A stretch of 60,929 nt of DNA from Octopus sinensis (lineage: Eukaryota), in contig NW_021832414.1 of assembly GCF_006345805.1 (NCBI RefSeq), positions 1-60,929 of the forward strand, read 5' to 3'. The notes beneath the pieces were generated by a model, which saw only the letters and a program-made list of their open reading frames with translations, was not told where the DNA came from and made no database searches. A program made the translations under genes and the position numbers. Positions 10,597-23,321 of the stretch are shown in pieces. Position 1 is the stretch's first letter, and the number at the start of each line of letters is the position of its first letter.

Positions 10597-13472
10597 TAAA
10601 AATGTTTTAGCCCGAAGGCCGCGGCCATGCTGGGGCACCACCGCTGAATGAGCTACACTAATATGTGAATCCACCTCTGATACGTGGCACTTGATCAACA
10701 AGGGAGTTCGATGCTGCTGCCCGCATCTGCGTCTCCTGTCGTGAGGTAGGTTCATCTGGGACTCCCGACAAGAAGAGATCCAGTTTATTTTTAAAGAAAC
10801 CCACATCCACACCATGTAAGTCTCTTAGGCATTTAGGGAGGATGTTAAAGAGCTGTGGTCCTCTGAAACCCAAGCTGTTTCAGTATCTGGTCCTGTATTT
10901 TGATGGTGATGCTGGAATCTTTGGCACAATGCAGTGGCGCCCCGTTCTGCAGTTGGGGTAACTTTGAATGCCAAAATTTGGGACAAGACCCTCCAGGATT
11001 TTCCAGATGTATATCACTGCATATCTCTCCCGCCTCCGCTCTAGGGAGAAGAGGTTTAATACCTTCAGTCTTTCCCAGTAGCTGATATTTTGCATTGAGA
11101 CGATTTTCTTTGTGTAGCTTCTCTGAATTGCTTCGAGTTCTGCTGTTAGTTTTATATTGTGTGGTGACCATAGTTGGGAGCAGTAGTCCAAGCGGCTGAG
11201 GACGAATGTTTTCCAGAGGACCATCAGTGTCTCCTTCTCTCTTGTTCTGAAAGTTTGGAGAATCCATCCAGCTAGCCGTGTGCATTTTATCACCAGATTA
11301 GTAATATGCACTTGCTCATGTCAGTGCCTAGGTCACGCACTGATTTTGACTCAGGGATTGCAATTCTTCCTGGGCCAGTGTATCCAGTCTGCACGTCGTT
11401 TACCTTTGTGTGCCGGTAGTGCAGGCCTGGAACTTACCTGCATTAAACTGCATCTTGTTGTCCTCCGCCACACTGTATATTTATCCAACCTGTTGCAGAT
11501 GCACAATATTTCAGGGTTTTGTATTGTGTGGGAGACTTTTGTGTCATCTGCATAGCTAGCAAGGGTGGTCATCGTAGCAACTGAAGGCATGTCTGAAAGG
11601 GCTACTATGAACATCAGTGGCCCCAAGACAGTGCCCTGTGGAACACCGCTTGTTATTTGTGTTTCCTTGGAGGTGGCTCCATTGCTCACAACTGCCTGTC
11701 TTCTGTCTTTTAGGAAGTTGTGCAGCCACTCTCCAAGTTTCCCGCCTATGCCGAGACCATGCAGCTTGTGACAGATCATACCATGGTCGACTTCATCAAA
11801 GGCTTTTGCAAAGTCGACATATATTACATCCACATTTGAGCCATTTAGTAGCTGTTTCAACACCCAGTCATAGTGTTGCAGGAGCTGTGTTAGGCAGCCT
11901 CTACCTGGTCGAAATCCATACTGGGAGTCAGACATGAAGTCATTTCCTTCAAGGAACATGATTAGTTTCTTGCGGACTATTCGTTCCATGACTTTGCTGA
12001 TGTGTGAGGTCAGAGAGATAAGGCCTATAATTTTTAGCATTTGCTCTGCTACCTCCCTTATGGATAGGGCATATTACCCCCTCTTTCAATTTGACTGGGA
12101 GCTTACCGCTTGCAAGAAAGCTCTGAAAAAGAAGCGTGTAGCGGTTTTGCAAGGGCTCGTTTGCACGATTTGAGAAGGATCGCTTGGAAACCCATCAGGT
12201 CCAGCAGCTGAGTTTGTGTCAATTCATCTATGGCTAGTGTGATATCATCATCTTCGATGTTGATGTACTCAATGTTTGCTCTTTGGCCGCAGGTAAAGTG
12301 GCAAAGAATTCTTCTGGGTTGTTTACTTGCCTGTGTCCTAGAGGTGTAGTGAACACACTTTGGAATTGTTCGTTCAGTATTTCACTTATCCTCGTGGGAT
12401 TTCCTGTGAGAGAGCCATCTTTTTGGAAAAGAGGTCCTATTCTCTGGTGCACTGTGGCTGTCTCTTTGGCAAACTTAACGAAAGCTTTAGGGTTTGATTT
12501 TATATTTTCTATTACCCAAACTTCTTTATCTGCTCTCTCCTTTTCATGGGATTGATGCAGACTTTTCTCAATTTCCATTAGCATTCTCTCGAGCCGAGAC
12601 TTCTCCCCACTTTTTTGTGCTTGCTCAGGCGGTTTGCAATCCTTGTCCGTCGTCTCATAAGAATCCTCCTTTCTCTAGGGATCCTGTTTTTGTTTTTGTG
12701 TGTGCTGGCCCTGTACACTGGGACATATTTGTCACATATGGCTTGTATTATGGACATGAAGTGTTTGTGTTTCATGTTAATGTCTGGTATGGAGAGACAT
12801 TTAGGCCAATCCTGTTTGAGGATCTCTTTCTCAATCAACTTCCAGTTTGCTTTATGAAAGTTTAAGTTGGAGAGATGGTGGATGCTTCGTATAGGTTGTA
12901 TGTCTACGGGGGCTTTTGGTCCATACATAGACAGCTCTATCATGTTGTGATCTGAGATCATCGTCGGCATCACTTTAACATTATGGATAATATTCATATT
13001 GTTTGTGAAGCAGAAATCCAGTATATTATCTGCCCTTGTTGGTTACAGAACTCCATAAAAGAGGCATTTGTGAGATGGAGCAGGGACTCTGCCTGCTGAT
13101 GGTGTGTCATCCCTGAGAGCATCTGCCCCCAGGCCATTCCACATTGGGGAAGTTAAAGCAACCCATGAAGAATACACTGTTGTGCTGTTCAAGGTTGGTG
13201 AGGACTTCTCCTATTTTTGTTAGGCAGTCTTCAAACATGCTTGGATGATTTGGGGCATCTGGTGGGCGATATGTAGTGCATATGACGATATTCAGTTGTC
13301 TTATGTGTACAATTTGAGTGTCACACACTGAGTTTGAATATGACAACAGGACCTGGGGCGTGAGGTCATCTCGGATGTACGTTGCAACTCCACCATGGCT
13401 CCTCCCTTTTCTATCTGAGCGTATGACTGCATATTGCGGAATGTGTATTTCTGCATCCCCTATATCAGGTCC
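10597..13472 (-). mobile_element. 5'-truncated, frameshifted CR1-type LINE (partial AP endonuclease, RT, 3' tail)
   Basis: ORF pieces [14 protein letters not shown]…TTYRPP (endonuclease), YVDFAKAFD…SGVPQGTVLGP…YADDTK (RT) and LSRLDYCSQLWSP. 3' tail ggtgccccagcatggcc. Both ends abut (TA)n. Confidence 0.92.
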
Positions 13473-13849
<377 letters not shown>

Positions 13850-13850
<1 letters not shown>

Positions 13851-14692
13851 AAATAAGAAAATGGAGGAATACACTTCCTCCATCTTCAACTACCATACAA
13901 TACCCATTCACATAATTTATTAACCAACTACATAGGAACATCCATATCAAACACAATAATACAGGACGAAACAGTACACATCAATGAGTAATATGATACC
14001 ATAAGTACAATACATATCAATAAATATAAATATAAACTAGATCTTACAGCTGTTTCAGCCATATTATTATTATTATGTATATACTTATATATATGTAGGT
14101 GCATGTGTATATGCACTTATATGTATGTGTATATTATGTATATGTACTTATTCTTGTATATGTGTACCTTCTCTAATATTCATATTTGAATTGTACTTTA
14201 TAATCTCTGAAGAGGCCTTGGGATATATATGTAAGTATCTCATTTATAACCACATATTACCTTAACACACCTGGCTAATATGAGCATAATGAGATACTCT
14301 TATCCACATGGCTGAAACAGCTGTAAGATCTAGTTTATATCAATATTTATTTATACGTATTGTACTTATGGTATCATATTACTCATTGATGTGTACTGTT
14401 TTGTCCTGTATTGTGTTTGATATGGATGTTCCTATGTAGTTGGTCAATAAATTATGTGAATGGGTATTATATGGTAGCTGATGACTGATTAAAGTGTATT
14501 CCTCCATTTTCTTATTTTGTATTATGAATTTGAGGTAAAATATTTTACCTTCGCCCATATAATACAATAAAGGAATTAATTGCATTGCAATTCTTAGCAT
14601 TTATGTATTAGCATTTCTGGGTGCTTTACTGGCAGTATATTGGATATATGTTATCCCATAGAGGGTTACACTCACAACCCCTATCTCACTTT
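13850..14692. mobile_element. Non-autonomous Penelope-like element B (inverted arms ~13851-14062 and ~14308-14521)
   Basis: The plus copy carries a complete hammerhead and the family 3' end cccctatctcactt. A truncated minus copy precedes it. Confidence 0.68.
14203..14329 (+). ncRNA. Type I hammerhead ribozyme motif (copy B)
   Basis: ATCT(14203)-CTGAAGA(14207-13)-GGCC-(92 nt)-GGCT(14310)-GAAAC-AGCT-GTA(14323-25)-AGAT. Internal hairpin gtatctcatt/aatgagatac in the helix II insert. Confidence 0.82.
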
Positions 14693-14705
14693 CTAATTAT
14701 ATATA

Positions 14706-14791
<86 letters not shown>

Positions 14792-14792
<1 letters not shown>

Positions 14793-15512
14793 AATTGAGA
14801 TAGGGGTTGTAAATGCAACCCTCCATGGGATAACATATATCCAATATACTGCTAGTGAAGTACCCAACAAAGTTAATACATAAATGTTAAGGATTGCGAT
14901 GCAATCAATTTATTTACTGTATTATATGGGCAAAGGTAAAATGATTTACCACAAATTACTAATACAAGATAAGAAAATGGAGAAATGCATCTAAATCAAA
15001 TATCAATTACCAGATAATACTCAATCACATACTTTATTAAACCACCACATAAGAGACTGTAGGGTTAAACATAAAAAAAAACAGAACAAATCAGTGTACA
15101 TAAAGGAATGTACATAAAAAAAGTGTACATAAATCTCCGAAGAGGCCTTATGATGTTTTTGTAAATGTCTCATTTATATCTATATATTGACCTACCATAA
15201 AAGGCTAATATTGGTAAAATGAGACATACTTATCTACATGGTCGAAACAGCTGTAAGATGCAATCTATACTTATATTTATATTTACTTATATTTATATTC
15301 TCTTTTTTATATATATTCTACTTATTATACAACATTACTCTTTTATGTACACCTTTTTATGTACATTCCTTTATGTACACTGATTTGTTCTGGTTTTTTT
15401 AATGTTTAACCCTACAGTCTCTTATGTGGTGGTTTAATAAAGTATGTGATTGAGTATTATCTGGTAATTGATATTTGATTTAGATGTATTTCTCCATTTT
15501 CTTATCTTGTAT
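14792..15512. mobile_element. Non-autonomous Penelope-like element C (inverted arms ~14962-15133 and ~15341-15512), tail-to-tail with B across (TA)n
   Basis: 14792-14990 is the reverse complement of the B 3' end (gagataggggttg…). A hammerhead lies in the spacer between the arms. Confidence 0.68.
15133..15259 (+). ncRNA. Type I hammerhead ribozyme motif (copy C, U4C core variant)
   Basis: ATCT-CCGAAGA-GGCC-(92 nt)-GGTC-GAAAC-AGCT-GTA-AGAT. Internal hairpin atgtctcattt/aaatgagacat. Confidence 0.72.
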
Positions 15513-15520
15513 ACATACAT

Positions 15521-15576
<56 letters not shown>

Positions 15577-15811
15577 ATATATATATATATATATAATATA
15601 TATATACATATAATATATATATACATATATACATATATATATACATAAATATATATATATATATATATATATCTATATATATATATATACATACATACAT
15701 ATATATATATACATATATATATACATATATATTATATATATATATATATATAGTATATATATATATACATACATACATTATATATATATATATATATTAT
15801 ATATATATATA

Positions 15812-15885
<74 letters not shown>

Positions 15886-15898
15886 ATTATATATATAT

Positions 15899-16286
15899 AA
15901 GTAGCTTGCTAACAAGCCACATGGTTCCGGGTTCAGTCCCACTGCATGGCATCTTGGGCAAGTGTCTTCTGCTATAGCCCCGGGCCGACCAATGCCTTGT
16001 GAGTGGATTTGGTAGACGGAAACTGAAAGAAGCCTGTCGTATATATGTATATATATATATGTTTGTGTGTGTATATGTTTGTGTGTCTGTGTTTGTCCCC
16101 CTAGCATTGCTTGACAACCGATGCTGGTGTGTTTATGTCCCCGTCACTTAGCGGTTCGGCAAAAGAGACCGATAGAATAAGTACTGGGCTTACAAAGAAT
16201 AAGTCCCGAGGTCGATTTGCTCGACTAAAGGCGGTGCTCCAGCATGGCCGCAGTCAAATGACTGAAACAAGTAAAAGAGTAAAAGA
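15899..16286 (+). mobile_element. tRNA-derived SINE (slightly 5'-truncated) with CR1-like 3' tail
   Basis: ggttcagtccc B-box region, cttgggcaagtgtctt, internal microsatellite, tail ggcggtgctccagcatggccgcagtcaaatgactgaaac. Confidence 0.85.
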
Positions 16287-16305
16287 TATATATATATACA
16301 TATAT

Positions 16306-16638
16306 AAGAAGCAACAAGAATGGATTAGTTTTTAGTACAATTGTTTCATACAAAGACAGGCTTTATTACAAGTTGCAAAAATTGCAGCAGATAAAAGACT
16401 GTGCATCATCATTAAGGAACTTTGGAAATCTGTTTGCAACCTAAATCTGCCTTAAATGAAATTATCTCCAATACTTCATGAGTATAGCCTCACCCAATAA
16501 GATGTTTGGAGAACTCACATGTATTTTAGCTGATGAGTACGGGACATTTTTATCTGCTGCAATTTTTGCAACTTGTAATAAAGCCTGTCTTTGTATGAAA
16601 CAATTGTACTAAAAACTAATCCATTCTTGTTGCTTCTT
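16306..16638. repeat. Inverted repeat, 91-bp arms (16306-16396 / 16548-16638), 151-bp spacer
   Basis: aagaagcaacaagaatggattag…gcagcagataaaa is matched by its reverse complement (pair sum 32944). Confidence 0.93.
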
Positions 16639-16758
16639 TCTCGTTTATAATCACCCCACATTACTGTATGGTTAACACCATATAGTTTTCTGGTGCATCT
16701 AAGTTAAGTACCACATTCAAGTAAATTCTTTAGAATTGATTTGAATCTTAATTGCTTT

Positions 16759-16791
<33 letters not shown>

Positions 16792-16899
16792 TGGCCTGCT
16801 CGCTTAGCCAGCGGGATGGCGTCATTTGAAGGCTAAAACAATGCAAAGCGCATTGTGACCAGCGATGTGTAACAACATCTGATGGCCTGGTCGGTCACG

Positions 16900-16963
<64 letters not shown>

Positions 16964-17139
16964 GTGTGTGTGTGTGTGTGTGTGTGTATAAAAACGAAGT
17001 TTGAAAAACGCTACTATATAAGATAAATTTTTATTTTACATATTTTGGTCCTTGATAAAAACGAACCTTATCAAAAATATTTTAAAAAGTTAAGTGTAAT
17101 AAAAATGTTCATAATTGTTCCTTACTAGTCTCAAAAGAA

Positions 17140-17937
17140 TCCACGTAGTGGTTTTTCTGTTGGGGACAGCATAATAGCTGTCTTGAGTGTTGACTACCCT
17201 TCCACCAAAGCAAGGAACTTTTCAGGACACCCAAGTTTCTGGAGGACTTTCCACAATGCTTTTCTATTAACGGTATTAAAGGCTTTTGTCAGATCGACAA
17301 AAACCTGATACAAATCCAGACCCTGTTCCACACACTTCTCCTGAAGCTGTCTAGCTGAAAAGATCCTATCAGCAATGCCACGTCCCACATGAAAGCCAGA
17401 TTGACTTTCTGGAAGAACACAATCTGCAACGTGTTTCAGCAGACGATCCAGAAGTACCCTGCATAAAACCTTTCCTACGACAGAAAGCAATGATATTCCC
17501 TTATAGTTACCAAAATCATTCCTGTTGCCCTTTCCCTTATACAAGACCACCGTTACTGTATCTCTCCAGTCCTCAGGTACAGATTCACTAGCCCATATCT
17601 TACCAAACAAAGAGTGAAGTTGCTGCAGAAGTTTCTCACCACCATGCTGTAACAACTCCGCATGTATGCCATCCATGCCCGGAGATTTCCCAATATTCAT
17701 CATTGAGACAGCCACTGCAACTTCTTCCAACTTTGGTGGTTCTGCGAGTGCTGCCTTCACGGGTAATCCAGGTATGAGATTGAGAACATCTTCACTAACT
17801 ACAAACTGCTGATTCAAAAGTGCATCAGTGTTCTTGCCCCCATCGCAGAATTCCTTGTGAATCACGAAGTTCTTTACCATCCCTGCTTCAAAGTGGTGTC
17901 ATCAGAGAAGACGGTCCATAAACTTCTTGCAAGAGAC

Positions 17938-17940
<3 letters not shown>
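17140..17940 (-). mobile_element. RTE/BovB-like LINE reverse transcriptase N-terminal fragment
   Basis: 228-aa ORF with KSPGMDGIHAELL, NYKGISLLSVVGKVL, LPESQSGF, RQLQEKC and FVDLTKAF. Confidence 0.88.
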
Positions 17941-17989
<49 letters not shown>

Positions 17990-18261
17990 CGTTCAGCAAA
18001 ATTTAGATTGAAATGAATGTGATACTTAAATTAGATGCACCAGAATTTTGTACGGTGTTATCCATGGGGTATATCTACCCTCTTTATAATGTTATCATTT
18101 AACATGAAAATAAGTATATGTATTGATGGAAAACCTCTATTAATGGCTGATGATTGCTCAACATTTTAAAACTGTTGTAATACTTACAATGTTTAATAAA
18201 ATGATGTAGCGTGAAACGATCGTAACAAATTACCGAAGATATTCTTGTTGCTTATTTTGAG

Positions 18262-18323
<62 letters not shown>

Positions 18324-19875
18324 CAGTTGCGGCCAAAATGTTCAGAACGGCATTGTTTTCGCCAGAAAAGTAGGTATAAGTTTTTATCAAAGTTGTTTTA
18401 TATTCTATAATTTTCACAGACAATAAATACGATATTAATTGTTATTGTCTGAGATTTTGGTGTAATTTGAGAGGATAATACAAAAGTTATGGATGATTTA
18501 GTGATTTACTGCAAAACCCATAGCGGCCAAAATGATCAGAACGGTTGCTTTTACTCCGTGTTTTAGTATATTTAACCGGCAAACTCTAATGTTTTGAATT
18601 TGTTTATGTGATGGTTCGTTTACTAAACATTAGAAAGAATATCTGCAGTGTACTTTGTTAATATAATGCCACTTACTCCGTTACCAATTCGTCAGCAAGT
18701 TATTAAGCTTCGAAAGAAGGATAATTTAAGTATTGGGTCTATTGCAAAGATTGTTAACAAGTCAAAAAGTGTTGTTCAGGGTATTCTTAAGGTCTTCGAT
18801 GATTGTGGTTCACGTGAAGCAAGAAAGTCTACAGGTAGGCCAAGAAAAACGACCAAGAGAGAAGATCGTGCTATGGTAAAGTTGGTTAAAAAGGACAGAT
18901 TTAAAACTGCTGCTGCTGTTTCTCAGGAAATGAGCATTGTACTGAAGAAAACGTTATCTCGAAAAACTGTGTCTCATCGTTTAGTTGAACATAAATAACC
19001 TACATGCAAGATCACCTGCAGTGAAGCCACTGATCAGCTCCAAACATGTGTTGTGGTCTCAAGAAAAATGGCAAACTGTGCATTTCAGTGATGTTATTTT
19101 GCTCAGATGGGAACAGTAGGTGAAAAATTGTCGCCTAAATGCCTTAAGACTAGTGTTAAATTCGGTGGAGGAAATGTCATGGTTTGGGGGATGATATCTG
19201 GAGATGGTGTGGGCTCTTTGGTGCGATTACACAGAAAGGTAAATGCAGGATTTTGTAAACAACTTGTAAAAGATCATGTCTTGCCTGTGCTGAGAAATTC
19301 AACTAAGCGACCACCCATATTCATGCAGGACAATGCCCTATGTCACAAGGCTAAGGTGGTCATGAACTTCCTCAATTATGGATTGGCCTGCTCAAAGCCC
19401 AGATCTCAATCCTATTGAAAATGAGTGGAATATTCTAGGAGAACGTTCGAAAGCCAGAAATCCTAAAACAACCGAGCAATTATGGAATGCCCTTCAGGAA
19501 GAATGGAATAAGAGCACCTAGCAAGAAATTGAAAATTTAATTTCCTCATGCAGTTGAAAATGTCAGAGTGTGATTGAAGCTAAAGGGCTTCACACTAAAT
19601 ATTAAATAATTCCAGTATGACAAAGATGTCATTTTTGAATATTTTGTTATTTTTTCAACCGTTCTGATCATTTTGGCCGCTATGGGTTTTGCAGTAAATC
19701 ACTCAATGATCCATAACTTTTGTATTATTCTCTCAAATTACACCAAAATCTCAGACAATAACAATTAATATCGTATTTATTGCCTGTGAAAATTATAGAA
19801 CATAAAACAACTTTGATAAAAACTTTACCTACTTTTCTGGCGAAAACAATGCCGTTCTGAACATTTTGGCCGCAA

Positions 19876-19878
<3 letters not shown>
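18324..19878 (+). mobile_element. Full-length Tc1-family DNA transposon with ~224-bp IR/DR-type TIRs (18324-18547, 19656-19878), TA flanks
   Basis: Termini TA|CAGTTG…CAACTG|TA. The motif gcggccaaaatg(t/a)tcagaacgg occurs at both ends of each TIR. Confidence 0.93.
18666..19600 (+). pseudogene. Disrupted Tc1 (DD34E) transposase
   Basis: Paired-like HTH with GRPRKTT, VHFSD, KFGGGNVMVWG, FMQDNA and DLNPIENEW, spread over different frames with stops. Confidence 0.9.
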
Positions 19879-19934
<56 letters not shown>

Positions 19935-21989
19935 CACAAGAACAAAATCCCCAGAGAGAGGAACATTTTAATGAGACGGTGTACAAAAATTTCAAATCGC
20001 CTAAACAAACAAATTGAAAGCAGTGAAAAGTCCCGCCTGAAAATAAAACTGTTGGAAATTGAAAAGTGTCTGCAACTCTCCCATGAAAAGGAAAGAGCAG
20101 ACAAAGAAGCCTGGGCTATAGACAACATAAAATCTAACCCCAGAGCTTTCTACAGGTATGCCAAAGAAACAGCTACAGTGCACTGTAGGATAGGGCCACT
20201 CCTTGAAAAGGATGGCACACTTACAGGAAAACCAATGAGGGTAAGTGAAATACTGAATGAGCAATTCAAGAGTGTTTTCACTCCACCCCTCGGCCATTTC
20301 CAAATCACCAATCCAACTGACTTCTTTACCACTGCAGATATAAAATCAGAGGCGGCGACGATAAATTACATCGATATAAAGGAAGACGATGTAATAAAGG
20401 CTATAGATGAAATGAAAACAGACTCAGCTATTGGCCCCGATGGATTCCCGGCAATCCTCCTAAAAGTATGTAAGAGAGTCCTAGCAAGACCACTGCAGAT
20501 CCTCTTTCAGAGCTTCCTTGCAGCTGGCAAACTTCCAAGAAAACTGAAGGAAGGTAAAATATGCCCTATTCATAAGGGAGGTAGCAGAGCGGAGGCCAAG
20601 AACTACAGACCTATCTCTCTCACCTCACACATCAGCAAGGTCATGGAACGAATAGTCAGAAGGAAACTAATCACCTTCCTTGAAGAAAATGACTTGCTGC
20701 CTGACACCCAACATGGTTTCCGACCAGGAAGAAGCTGCTTAACTCAGCTCCTACAACACTATGACTGGGTGCTGAAACAACTGCTCAACCACTCAAATGT
20801 GGAAGTCATATATCTCGACTTTGCAAAGGCCTTTGATAAAGTCGATCATGGAATGATATGTCACAAACTGCGTGATCTTGGCATAGTTGGAAAATTGGGA
20901 GAATGGCTTCATGACTTTCTGAAGAATAGAAGTCAGGTGGTAGCAGCCAATGGGGCCACTTCCATTAACACGCAAATAGTGAGCGGTGTTCCGCAGGGCA
21001 CTGTTTTGGGACCACTACTGTTCATAATGGCCCTCTCAGACATGCCCTCAGCCACGCAGAGAGCCACGATCACAAGTTATGCAGATGATACAAAAGTTTC
21101 ACAGGCAATACAGAACCCTGAATACACTAAGCACCTGCAATGTGAGCTGGACGAAATATACAAGTGGGCTGAAAAGAATAGCATGCAGTTCAATGCTGAA
21201 AAGTTTCAAGCTTTATACTATCAGCATGCAAAACTGAATGCAATACCCAATGAATACACTGGACCCGGAGGGATTGCAATCCCAGAGGCACAATCAGTGC
21301 GTGACCTGGGTATTCACATGAGTGATGACGCGACCTTTCATGTACATGTTGCTAAACTGGCAATGAAATGTAGACGGCTGGCTGGATGGATTCTTAGAAT
21401 CTTTAGAACAAGAGAACAAGAAACCATGATGGTCCTCTGGAAGACACTTGTCCTAAGCCACTTTGACTATTGCTCTCAGCCATGGTCACCATCCAGTGTC
21501 AAGTTGATCACAGAACTTGAGGCGATCCAACGAAGCTACACGAAGAAGATAGCCTCTGTGCAGCATATGAGCTACTGGGAAAGACTCAAGAGATTAAAGC
21601 TCTATTCCCTGGAGCGTAGGCGAGAAATATATGCCATAATATATATCTCGAAGATCCTGGAAGGACTTGTCCCAGACTTTAGCATCGAGAGTCACACTAA
21701 TGCCAGAACCGGACGCCACTGCGTAGTACCAAGGACTCCAAATTTGCCATCAAGATGTAGGACAAGATATTGTGATAGCCTGGGCTTCAGAGGCCCACAG
21801 CTCTTCAATATCCTCCTGAAGAACCTGAGGGACCTGCATGGTGTAGATGCGGATGTCTTTAAAGTAGGACTGGATCTCTTCCTGTCAGGTGTCCCGGATG
21901 AACCAACTTCACGGCAGGAGGTGCAGATGAGGGCAGCTGCATCGAACTCTCTCATGCATCAGATGGCGTTTGCTAAAAAGCATCCGTGA
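19935..21989 (+). CDS. Uninterrupted but 5'-truncated CR1-type LINE ORF (RT domain, no endonuclease)
   Basis: ~684 open codons from HKNKIPRER, with YLDFAKAFDKV, SGVPQGTVLGP and YADDTK. The N-terminal YI-repeat in the ORF track is microsatellite. Confidence 0.9.
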   Translation, partial: HKNKIPRERNILMRRCTKISNRLNKQIESSEKSRLKIKLLEIEKCLQLSHEKERADKEAWAIDNIKSNPRAFYRYAKETATVHCRIGPLLEKDGTLTGKPMRVSEILNEQFKSVFTPPLGHFQITNPTDFFTTADIKSEAATINYIDIKEDDVIKAIDEMKTDSAIGPDGFPAILLKVCKRVLARPLQILFQSFLAAGKLPRKLKEGKICPIHKGGSRAEAKNYRPISLTSHISKVMERIVRRKLITFLEENDLLPDTQHGFRPGRSCLTQLLQHYDWVLKQLLNHSNVEVIYLDFAKAFDKVDHGMICHKLRDLGIVGKLGEWLHDFLKNRSQVVAANGATSINTQIVSGVPQGTVLGPLLFIMALSDMPSATQRATITSYADDTKVSQAIQNPEYTKHLQCELDEIYKWAEKNSMQFNAEKFQALYYQHAKLNAIPNEYTGPGGIAIPEAQSVRDLGIHMSDDATFHVHVAKLAMKCRRLAGWILRIFRTREQETMMVLWKTLVLSHFDYCSQPWSPSSVKLITELEAIQRSYTKKIASVQHMSYWERLKRLKLYSLERRREIYAIIYISKILEGLVPDFSIESHTNARTGRHCVVPRTPNLPSRCRTRYCDSLGFRGPQLFNILLKNLRDLHGVDADVFKVGLDLFLSGVPDEPTSRQEVQMRAAASNSLMHQMAFAKKHP

Positions 21990-22081
21990 GGTAAAATCGT
22001 GTAGCAAACCAAATGGCGGTGCCCCAGCATGGCCACAGCTCATTAGCTGAAACTGGAAAAATCAAAATCAAAATCAAAATC
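19935..22081 (+). mobile_element. 5'-truncated CR1-type LINE with 3' stem-loop and (ATCAAA)n tail
   Basis: 3' UTR ggcggtgccccagcatggccacagctcattagctgaaact followed by aaaatcaaaatcaaaatc. Confidence 0.92.
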
Positions 22082-22094
22082 ATACGTGCGCACA

Positions 22095-22300
22095 CAAGGT
22101 GTCCCAGAAGTCTCGCACCATTCTGGTTTCCATTAAAAATAACTAAAGCATTTTATTTTATTATATTTTTTCTGCAAGTTTTATTGTAGAGGGTGCTCAA
22201 TTTTAGCATTTGTTATGATTAATTTCAATAACGTGTTTTTGAAATCAGTAAGAATGTATTCTTTTAAAATACCAGGGTGGTACGCGACTTCTGGGACACC

Positions 22301-22303
<3 letters not shown>
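22095..22303. mobile_element. ~209-bp Tc1/mariner-type MITE
   Basis: TIRs caaggtgtcccagaagtctcgcacca / tggtacgcgacttctgggacaccctg followed by TA; AT-rich interior. Confidence 0.8.
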
Positions 22304-22379
<76 letters not shown>

Positions 22380-22529
22380 CACACACACATATATATACAT
22401 ATACCAGAAGTAAATATATATATAACAATTGCAGGGTGGAAGGTGTTCATAAGCCATTTAAGAAACACACAAAACCGATAGATTCACTTCAACATTTAAA
22501 TTTAATTTGTCAAAATATTTTCGTCCCTT

Positions 22530-23310
22530 TGAGACAGTTTTAGGGCCTGGAAAGACGTTGGCCCTCTGACCTCATGCAGTAGTAGACGAAAGTAGAAGCA
22601 CTCTTATTGAGTGGGATGCACTGTGTATACTCGCCCAAGGCAAGTGTGAAACTTAATGCCAGGGTATCCATGAACATTTTGACCTGCTTTCCGTGGGGCC
22701 CATTTTTTTCCATTCCAAGTGTAGTACGATGGAATCTATGAATGTGGATACAGCAAGGTTTGAGCGAATGGATCCACTTGGAGAATGCAGTGAGTGTGCT
22801 ATCTCTTGATTCCTCTGCCAACAGAGAAGCATTAGCATCAGTGAAGTACACTCTTTGACCATTTTCCAGGTGCACTACAAGCTGTTGAATGGCGGGGTAT
22901 TGTTGGTGAATTGGAAAGCCAAAGATGCACCAGAAAGCCTCGTTGCTACTTAGGTACCGTCCCACCTGATAATGTGTCTCCTCATCCTGGCAGTATTCTT
23001 GTTGAAGTCCAAACATTGCAGCGTCAGAACCCTTGTTTACATATTTGCAAACGTACTTGATGGATTTAACGGAGTTGCAAAACTCAACGTTGATGTGGGC
23101 ATTGAAAGTCCTTGACAGGAGTGGGCAGTATGGAACAATCCATCTATTATCAATATCGTGCTGTCTGATAGTTGTTGTGAAACCTCCGTCTTCTGGTTTT
23201 CTGCGTCTGTATGATGGATACCCATCAGCACCTGTCTGAGTTTATTGTAGGAACCTCCTTGGAAATCTTTTTGAACATATGCTGTCCTTCAAGCATGGTG
23301 TGAAAGTGTT
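22530..23310 (-). mobile_element. Helitron RepHel fragment (end of the Rep domain and the region after it)
   Basis: Minus strand: GYPSYRRR, RWIVPYCPLLSRTFNAHINVEFCNSVKSIKYVCKYVNKGSD, GRYLSSNEAFW…VHLENGQRVYF. Confidence 0.88.
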
Positions 23311-23321
23311 TATAAAAAATC

